Source: a virus (taxonomy: Duplodnaviria; Heunggongvirae; Uroviricota; Caudoviricetes). Taken from it: a stretch of 21,659 nt of DNA. This document shows, in pieces, positions 15,830-21,659 of this stretch (positions are counted from its first letter, which is position 1; every line of letters begins with the position of its first letter). The DNA lies in IMG/VR virus record IMGVR_UViG_2541047437_000015; one strand, given 5' to 3'. Position numbers and translations under genes: made by a program. The notes beneath the pieces were generated by a model. That model saw only the letters and a program-made list of their open reading frames with translations, did not search any database and had not been told where the DNA came from.

Positions 15830-17332
15830 TCACAAAATGAAACGGATCTGTGCTGCCAGGAAGCGGAACTGGTTAACCAGATCCGGCGTGCATAACACGT
15901 CAAGACGGTTTCGATCTGACGCATTACGCTCCACAAGCAGATTCTTTTTAAAGGTGTCCAGATTTTCGACCAGCCCGAGTTCCACCCACTCTTCACCCAG
16001 CGAAATTAACTGAAGCTTCATGATCTCCGGCGTCACGATATTCTGACCGGCACGAACGGGCGTCCCGTCATCAGCCAGTTTATGGCGCGGAAAACGTTGT
16101 GTGATAAAAGTACGCAGGGAATAACGCAGCCAGGAGAGGGTGTAGATGGTTTCCACATCCAGATAGCTGGGATCACTTTCGCCGTACACGTTCTGGCGAT
16201 ACATGGTCACCTGACGTTCGATCTGAACCACATCACCGGCAGCCACACTGACCGTGGCAATCCCTCCCCACAGCAGACTGTTACGCTCTTCACGCGTCAG
16301 ACGATCGGCCGGAGCCGGGGCCATGCGTGACGGAAGCGCCAGCGTCTGAAGCGGACGCGCAGGATCTGCTCCCAGAGAGGGTGCACAGGTGGCACAGACC
16401 GCCGCTGCCCAGAGGTAATCCGGTTCAGGGGCTTTGGGAATGGATGTGCAGGTCGCCAGAAAATCATTGCGTTTTGCCCCGAATGCCTGCACCTCACCAA
16501 ACGTGCCGGTATGTGCCAGCCACAGCACGCCGTCAGACATTTTGGCCGGTCCCCAGCGTTTCAGAAGCTCATCACTGATGATTTTCAGGTTTGCATCATC
16601 CTTATAGGGCATGACGACATAGTTGTACTGGCGATCGCCCATACCCGCCACGCTTCGGGTGATATCCGGGTTAGCCGCTTTTTGTTTCGGATAGGCTATA
16701 GCGACCTGTATTCCTTCCGGGGTTGCTTCCCCGTCGTGATAGTTCAGGCGCACATCATGAACGGAGCATTCACCGGTAAAGCGGGCGGTGATCCCCAGAG
16801 ACCCTTTCAGACCTGCGCCATTATCACCACTTCCTGCACCAGAGGAGGCCGTGAAGGGCGCGTCAGGATCGGCATTGATCAGCGCGGCCAGCTCGTCGGT
16901 CAGTTCTTTGCCTTTCTTACCTTTTGGTGCCGGGAGTGTATAACGCCGCCCCCCCACGCAGGCATAAACAATCCCGTCACGGGTGACCGTTCCGGTCAGA
17001 TTCATGGCCGCAGCCGTTGCCTGTCCGGTGCCGTTCCCCTGAGCAATGGCATACAGTTCAGCATCAGGATTGATGGCGATAAATTCCGCCACCATCAGGG
17101 CAATCATGGAGCCGCGCCCCCAGAGTTCTGTTGCCTGAGACGCACGGGTGATCCTGACCGGAACATCCAGAACACCGGCACCGTCCACGGCATTCTCTTT
17201 CATTCTCGCCTGACCAAACAGCAGCACACACTGACGCTGTGCCGGAGTGCCGGTGACAGCCATGGAGTTATTAAACTCAACCTCAATCAGCGGTATACGG
17301 CGGTCATTACCGATCCCGTCAAAATTAATCAT
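15830..17332 (-). CDS. L: Contractile tail sheath protein (Mu gp39 / L-like)
   Basis: 500-aa ORF with AAGGAG RBS and ATGA overlap with the upstream gene. Size and position match Mu L (~495 aa). Confidence 0.8.
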   Translation of the reverse strand: MINFDGIGNDRRIPLIEVEFNNSMAVTGTPAQRQCVLLFGQARMKENAVDGAGVLDVPVRITRASQATELWGRGSMIALMVAEFIAINPDAELYAIAQGNGTGQATAAAMNLTGTVTRDGIVYACVGGRRYTLPAPKGKKGKELTDELAALINADPDAPFTASSGAGSGDNGAGLKGSLGITARFTGECSVHDVRLNYHDGEATPEGIQVAIAYPKQKAANPDITRSVAGMGDRQYNYVVMPYKDDANLKIISDELLKRWGPAKMSDGVLWLAHTGTFGEVQAFGAKRNDFLATCTSIPKAPEPDYLWAAAVCATCAPSLGADPARPLQTLALPSRMAPAPADRLTREERNSLLWGGIATVSVAAGDVVQIERQVTMYRQNVYGESDPSYLDVETIYTLSWLRYSLRTFITQRFPRHKLADDGTPVRAGQNIVTPEIMKLQLISLGEEWVELGLVENLDTFKKNLLVERNASDRNRLDVLCTPDLVNQFRFLAAQIRFIL

Positions 17333-17574
17333 TGCGGTTTCTCCTTATCGGATGCCGGTTGGGCGACCGGTTTTTCTGTCGCAGTCGTTGCATCCGCAGA
17401 TACAGCCGGAGCCTCTTCAGCGGCTTTTTCAGCCTGAATGACATCGCCGTCATCAAGACGCCGACACCAGAACGGCGTAAAGGGCTTTTCCTCCCCCTCC
17501 TGTGCCAGCGGGCGCATTGTGTCGGGATCACGAATCAGGCGTCCCGGCGCGGGTTTGATAAAGATGGTTTTCAT
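17329..17574 (-). CDS. Small protein, Mu gp38-like (function unknown)
   Basis: 81-aa ORF with GGAGGA RBS, immediately after the upstream stop. Confidence 0.55.
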   Translation of the reverse strand: MKTIFIKPAPGRLIRDPDTMRPLAQEGEEKPFTPFWCRRLDDGDVIQAEKAAEEAPAVSADATTATEKPVAQPASDKEKPQ

Positions 17575-18135
17575 TTACAGTTCCTCCGGCGGTTCGACCG
17601 CCGTTGTCGTGTTCCCCGGCAAATCAATATGTGCCTCAAACGGCGGCGTACCGGGCGGCTCCACAAAGGTTTCGTAATGACGCAGGAAGTCGTCCAGCGA
17701 GCTGGTATCGGTCAGCGGTGCGATCATTTCCTCGCAGGAGAAATAAAGCGCATACATCACCGCACCACTGTCCGCCTGGGTTTCGGTGTAACCGTTGACC
17801 GCCTTTTCAAAGTAAAGCGGTGAGGTTTTTTCTGTTCTGAAGCCGTTAAGCACGGCAATCAGCCGGGCCACAATCTGATACAGTCCGGGACGGCTGGCCT
17901 CACGCCCGTTGAGCATGTCGCCGATGACGTAGAACACCCAGTGACTGACCAGGCGACCACGGGTACGGCCTTCACCGGCACCCAGCCAGGCAACGTAGAT
18001 CGCCGGGGCGTTAATCAGCATGGTGCGCAGTACGCTGTCGCTCCAGTCGCCGGGATGCGTGTCAACAGACACCAGTTCATTCCCGAAATACTCACGGATA
18101 CGGGCGATGTATGCCTGTTCGGTTTCCGTAATCAT
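17575..18135 (-). CDS. Tail completion / terminator-like protein (Mu gp37-like)
   Basis: 186-aa ORF at the position of Mu gp37 upstream of the sheath gene. Confidence 0.55.
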   Translation of the reverse strand: MITETEQAYIARIREYFGNELVSVDTHPGDWSDSVLRTMLINAPAIYVAWLGAGEGRTRGRLVSHWVFYVIGDMLNGREASRPGLYQIVARLIAVLNGFRTEKTSPLYFEKAVNGYTETQADSGAVMYALYFSCEEMIAPLTDTSSLDDFLRHYETFVEPPGTPPFEAHIDLPGNTTTAVEPPEEL

Positions 18136-18551
18136 ATGAAGCCCTTCTGGTTGCGCCCGAATACCGCTGCATCAGACTGAACCTGTGGTAAATCCCCGGA
18201 TTCAGGGGCCGCACCGTTCGTATCCACACCGACCGGCACATTGCCGTTCATGACATCTTTCAGCCAGGCCAGCGCTTCACGGTAACGGTCACGCGCCTGA
18301 TCGGAGGCTCGCTGATCGCACAGGTAATAAAAGGCAATCGCGCAACAGTGCTGAACAAGAACGGCCGGAATAACCTCCAGCGGCAACGTGTAACGGGCGG
18401 ACAGATAGCTGTCGATAAGGGCTGACGCATCTGTCAGCGCCCGGTTCAGCTTGCGCGTGTCCGGCTCATCCGAACGGGGCACAGCCAGTAACGGCCTGAG
18501 CAAATCCTCGCGGTAACGCGCCCGCATATCGGTTTCAGTGGCGTAATTCAT
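18132..18551 (-). CDS. Head-tail joining protein (Mu gp36-like)
   Basis: 139-aa ORF with 4-nt overlaps to both neighbours; position as in Mu. Confidence 0.55.
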   Translation of the reverse strand: MNYATETDMRARYREDLLRPLLAVPRSDEPDTRKLNRALTDASALIDSYLSARYTLPLEVIPAVLVQHCCAIAFYYLCDQRASDQARDRYREALAWLKDVMNGNVPVGVDTNGAAPESGDLPQVQSDAAVFGRNQKGFI

Positions 18552-18934
18552 GCACGGGCCTGTTCCGCTTTGTTACCGGTCTTTTTCCGGGGAGCATCCT
18601 GTCCGGCTTCGGCTTCGGCTTCGGCTTCGGCTTCGGCTTCGGCTTCGGCTTCGGCTAAATCTGTACCGGCCACTGCATGAACCACACCCGCCACGCTCCC
18701 CGCATCATCAGCAGACGTCTGTAGTATTCGCACAGTGAGGCATGGCTCCTCCTCCAGTCGGGCAAGCTGCTCCGGGGTGACCTCAACCTGCTGACGTCCA
18801 CGCGTGAACAGGAACCCCGCACGACGAAACGCCGAACGACTGCAACGCACTTCTGCCAGCACCGTGACAGAATTGTCACCACTGACCTGAAGACCTGAAT
18901 CATCTGTTGCTGCCACAGTGTGATGTTCATTCAT
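18548..18934 (-). CDS. Small head-associated protein (Mu gp35-like) containing an (Ala-Glu)x8 repeat
   Basis: 128-aa ORF downstream of the major head gene. Contains the in-frame hexanucleotide repeat at 18605-18655. Confidence 0.5.
   Translation of the reverse strand: MNEHHTVAATDDSGLQVSGDNSVTVLAEVRCSRSAFRRAGFLFTRGRQQVEVTPEQLARLEEEPCLTVRILQTSADDAGSVAGVVHAVAGTDLAEAEAEAEAEAEAEAEAGQDAPRKKTGNKAEQARA
18605..18655. repeat. Hexanucleotide tandem repeat (GGCTTC)x8 plus a partial unit, encoding (EA)8 on the minus strand
   Basis: Read directly: cggcttcggcttc... Perfect copies, in frame. Confidence 0.95.
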
Positions 18935-18977
18935 ATTTGCCCTCCGCAGGGGCCGGGCCGTAAGCCCGGCTCACCGT

Positions 18978-19925
18978 TTACAGATAATCCGCGACAACCA
19001 GCTCCAGCTTACCCTTCATCTCGTTAGAGACGGTTGCGTTTCCGTCTGCGAACAGTTCACGCTCCAGCAGCTGCACCGCCTGTTTTTCCAGCGAGGTGGG
19101 GACAACAATATGGGTGGGTTTAATGCCGAGTTTGCGGCCACCGTCAGCGGTAAATTCGCGCATGGCTGACCAGCCGTGCCACAGTGCATCCAGCGTCAGC
19201 GGTGACTGCATCATGTAGGCCATCTGCCAGAAGCCGTAGCCCACATTGCGACGGGCGGATGCACCAAACACAAATTCGTTATCGGTGAATGCGCGACCTT
19301 CATCGACTTTGGTCTGGGCAACCAGTTCAGCCTTACGGCGATCCTGATAAATCAGCGGTTTTACCGCGCGGGAGCAGTCAAGCAGATACCAGGCCGGACC
19401 GCTGTAATCAGCCTGTGCGCCGACAGAGCCGGTTTTTGCCACAAACATATTGCTGACCATCTGCGCATCCCCGGAGCCATCCACTTTGGGGTAAACCGGA
19501 TGTTCGGTATCAAAGAAGTTCTGACCGTCATAGCAGGCCGCACTGATCCCGTCACGCAGGGCAGCAAAGACCAGCTCATCCGGTTGTACCGCCGCAGCGC
19601 GCCCCATCTCCTGGAACAACGGGGAATAAATACCGAGGTTGTCGTCTTCGAAGTCATCGCGGCTAATGGCGACAGTGCCTTCAAAAGTTTTGTTCACGAT
19701 GGCATAGCCATAGGCTTTCATCTTCTCGATGACGCGGGAGCCGATCCACTCACGGAACTGCGGGAACTGCCCCAGCCAGCCGTAGGTGTTGGATTTCGAG
19801 GTGGAGGGCACGGTCATCGCAATTTTTTTGTACTGCGACGGGGCCATGGACATCCCGGCCTGAAAATCAGAACGGTAGCCCGTCATCAGGGCGGTGATCA
19901 TCGCCGGTGTAATCGGGGTAGGCAT
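18978..19925 (-). CDS. T: Major head (capsid) subunit, Mu T-like
   Basis: 315-aa ORF following the protease/scaffold gene; size and position match Mu T (~305 aa). Confidence 0.75.
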   Translation of the reverse strand: MPTPITPAMITALMTGYRSDFQAGMSMAPSQYKKIAMTVPSTSKSNTYGWLGQFPQFREWIGSRVIEKMKAYGYAIVNKTFEGTVAISRDDFEDDNLGIYSPLFQEMGRAAAVQPDELVFAALRDGISAACYDGQNFFDTEHPVYPKVDGSGDAQMVSNMFVAKTGSVGAQADYSGPAWYLLDCSRAVKPLIYQDRRKAELVAQTKVDEGRAFTDNEFVFGASARRNVGYGFWQMAYMMQSPLTLDALWHGWSAMREFTADGGRKLGIKPTHIVVPTSLEKQAVQLLERELFADGNATVSNEMKGKLELVVADYL

Positions 19926-21049
19926 TATTGCATTTCCTCTTTCATTTTCAGGAACTCGGCTTCGGTTTTACCCAGCAGATGGGCAGCGGCGATATCTTCA
20001 GCCGACAGCGCAGCGGTGGCAGTCTTTTTATCCGGCACGGTCACGGTGTCGGTCTGAAGAGAGGTCAGGGCCGCAACCGGCTGTCGGGCGTCAAGTTGTG
20101 CAGAAAGTGCCGCAACACCAATCTGCCCACCCAGTTGTTCCAGATAGCCGCGTTCGCTTTTGAAGATGCGCCCTTCGGATTCAGCCTTGTCCAGCACCTG
20201 CTCCAGCGTGGTGCTGCCGTGCTGCGCCGACAGCGCAACGTATTCGGTACGCAGGGCGTTATACGTTTCAACGGGCACGTATTTCGTCAGATCAATAATG
20301 CCGCCAGCCGGTGTGCCTTTTGCGGTTTCCAGCTCTGCCGACAGACTGGCGACCTGTGTTTTCAGGTTGTCGTGTGCATCCGCGCGGGTTTTGATCCCTG
20401 TGAGGGCAGACAGCGCCGCCGTGCCCAGCTCCGGCGTAAATTCGTCACCGTCAGCCACGGTCAGACCGAGCGCTGTCAGCAACTGGCGTAATTGCTCATT
20501 CATGGAGGTATCCTTTAAAGGAGGGTTTAAGGCGTTATAAAGGTCATCCGCCGACAGCGCGGCGACAGGATTCATGCCGGTCAGACCGGGGTCACCGGTA
20601 ATAGCCAGCATCCGAAGTTCGACAGGTTCGCCGGTGCTCTCGTCATAGCCAATCACCGGTGAAAACCAGGGGAATTCGTTATTACGCAGATGTTCAAGGG
20701 CCGGAGGGTTCCACTTCGGGCGCACCTCGAAGCCACGCTCTTCACTGAAGCGGAAGTTTTCCGGTGAAGCCGTCACAAAACCGGCAGCCGGTGCCTGATG
20801 CCCCTTAATCAGGGTCTGGTGGTTGTAGTCAATTTTTACCGGCTGATTGAGCGCCACAACCCGGGATACCATGCGCTCAACGGTCGCACGGTTAATCAGC
20901 CAGCCTTCAGCCGGTTTTTCCGGGCGACCGTCACGGGCCTTTACCCGACCGGCTGGCATGATCTGACACCAGTCACCGTCCCCGTCTGCGGACAGGCTGA
21001 TGGCATTCAGAATGGCATAAGCAAGTTTGGGCGTGTTTTTCGTCTTCAT
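19925..21049 (-). CDS. I: Head maturation protease / scaffold protein, Mu I-like (a Z-like scaffold may arise from an internal start)
   Basis: 374-aa ORF with an Ala/Leu-rich, probably coiled-coil C-terminal half. Sits between G and T as in Mu. Confidence 0.7.
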   Translation of the reverse strand: MKTKNTPKLAYAILNAISLSADGDGDWCQIMPAGRVKARDGRPEKPAEGWLINRATVERMVSRVVALNQPVKIDYNHQTLIKGHQAPAAGFVTASPENFRFSEERGFEVRPKWNPPALEHLRNNEFPWFSPVIGYDESTGEPVELRMLAITGDPGLTGMNPVAALSADDLYNALNPPLKDTSMNEQLRQLLTALGLTVADGDEFTPELGTAALSALTGIKTRADAHDNLKTQVASLSAELETAKGTPAGGIIDLTKYVPVETYNALRTEYVALSAQHGSTTLEQVLDKAESEGRIFKSERGYLEQLGGQIGVAALSAQLDARQPVAALTSLQTDTVTVPDKKTATAALSAEDIAAAHLLGKTEAEFLKMKEEMQ

Positions 21050-21225
21050 TCCGGCAGCATAAGCCGGGAATTTTCAGGGCGGGTTTTGCGGGATTTCAGG
21101 AAGTGCTTCCAGGGGAAAAATACAAAGGCGCTTCACGCAGATTTTAAAGCCCGTTAAATACAGGTTAGAAAATCACGACACGCGCCTGAAGGGGGTAAGG
21201 TAATGCATTTGCATACCTTAAACAA
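21050..21225 (-). promoter_or_regulatory. G-I intergenic region; candidate late promoter by position. A hairpin (TCCCGGCTTATGCTGCCGGA on the minus strand) lies immediately 5' of the I start codon.
   Basis: 176-bp non-coding gap in an otherwise tightly packed, overlapping gene array. Mu has a C-dependent late promoter upstream of I. No consensus elements could be assigned. Confidence 0.3.
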
Positions 21226-21659
21226 TTAAGGCGTTTCTGTGGCCTTTTTAAAGCGTTTTCTGATTTCGTCCATGATCTCCTGCTCTGCCACCTGATCAAA
21301 ACCCATATACGGACGTGCACCAATGGCCGCCGGTCCAGGCGGCATACCTGGCAGGCCACCCCACTGATGAATGGCCGCATAAGGCTCATTTGATCCAATC
21401 AGCGCCCAGGTGTCGCCATAATCCGTGGTCAGGCGTCGGGCCAGATCGCCGTTCAGCGTCAGGATTTTGCCGGGCATGTTTCCCTTACGGGTACGCCACT
21501 TGCGGTAAGGATCTGACCAGTCATGCCAGCGTTCGCCGTCCGGCTCTTTTTCCTGTTCAAACGCCATTTCTGACGATGACAGAAGGCTGGACGCCACACT
21601 GCGGGCCAGGCCTTTCCCGCCTCCCACAAACTGAAGCCGGGCAAAGACCCGCTGGAGAC
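21226..21659 (-). CDS. Virion morphogenesis protein, Mu G-like (5' end outside the window)
   Basis: The reading frame is open to the window edge; the track's GTG start at 21627 is probably internal. Position upstream of I as in Mu. Confidence 0.6.
   Translation of the reverse strand, partial: LQRVFARLQFVGGGKGLARSVASSLLSSSEMAFEQEKEPDGERWHDWSDPYRKWRTRKGNMPGKILTLNGDLARRLTTDYGDTWALIGSNEPYAAIHQWGGLPGMPPGPAAIGARPYMGFDQVAEQEIMDEIRKRFKKATETP

Larger units (their letters stand above)
751..21659 (-). mobile_element. Mu-like transposable prophage, right-hand late/structural portion; continues beyond window end
   Basis: Colinear minus-strand gene order G-I-T-...-L-M-(chaperone)-Y-N-P-Q-V-W-R-S-[invertible segment]-gin-com-mom matches the phage Mu late region. 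Com Cys4 zinc finger and Gin-family invertase are recognisable directly from the translations. Confidence 0.85.

Noticed and set aside
16511-17437. 308-aa plus-strand ORF
   Set aside because: Entirely antisense to the tail sheath gene, with Cys/His/Arg-rich shadow-ORF composition and no RBS; it is an artefact of the GC-rich coding strand opposite.
18605-18655. Possible CRISPR array
   Set aside because: The unit is only 6 bp with no spacers and lies in frame inside a coding sequence; it is a simple sequence repeat, not a CRISPR.
19500-20491. Plus-strand ORFs of 185 and 187 aa
   Set aside because: Antisense to the major head and protease/scaffold genes, which fit the Mu gene order; these do not.
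1-21659. tRNA, rRNA or other structured RNA genes
   Set aside because: No cloverleaf-like or rRNA-like sequences were noticed on manual reading, but this was not a systematic scan and a tRNA search should be run to confirm.

Overview
This window is the right-hand (late, structural) ~21 kb of a Mu-like transposable prophage, lying in reverse orientation to the canonical Mu map so that almost every real gene is on the minus strand, plus ~750 bp of flanking DNA that is itself a fragment of a lambdoid J-like tail-tip gene. All calls rest on reading the supplied ORF translations and raw sequence, and on remembered Mu gene order; no searches were run. From high to low coordinates: virion morphogenesis G (partial), protease/scaffold I, major head T, four small head/tail-joining proteins, tail sheath L, tail tube M, a tail chaperone with a candidate +1 frameshift extension, tape measure Y, N, baseplate P/Q/V/W/R homologues, tail fibre S, a ~1.4-kb Gin-type invertible segment, gin, a ~2.7-kb cargo block, then com-mom and the prophage end. 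The most interesting points are: (1) the cargo block between gin and com-mom, where Mu has no genes, carrying a 679-aa SGNH/SASA-type esterase with a lectin-like C-terminus and two small ORFs; (2) an asymmetric fibre switch with only one tail-fibre assembly gene, in which one crossover site has a 3-bp rather than 2-bp spacer and may be locked; (3) the Mu-like prophage apparently inserted inside a lambdoid J gene; (4) a cluster of four GATC sites upstream of com-mom; (5) an in-frame hexanucleotide repeat in a small structural gene.
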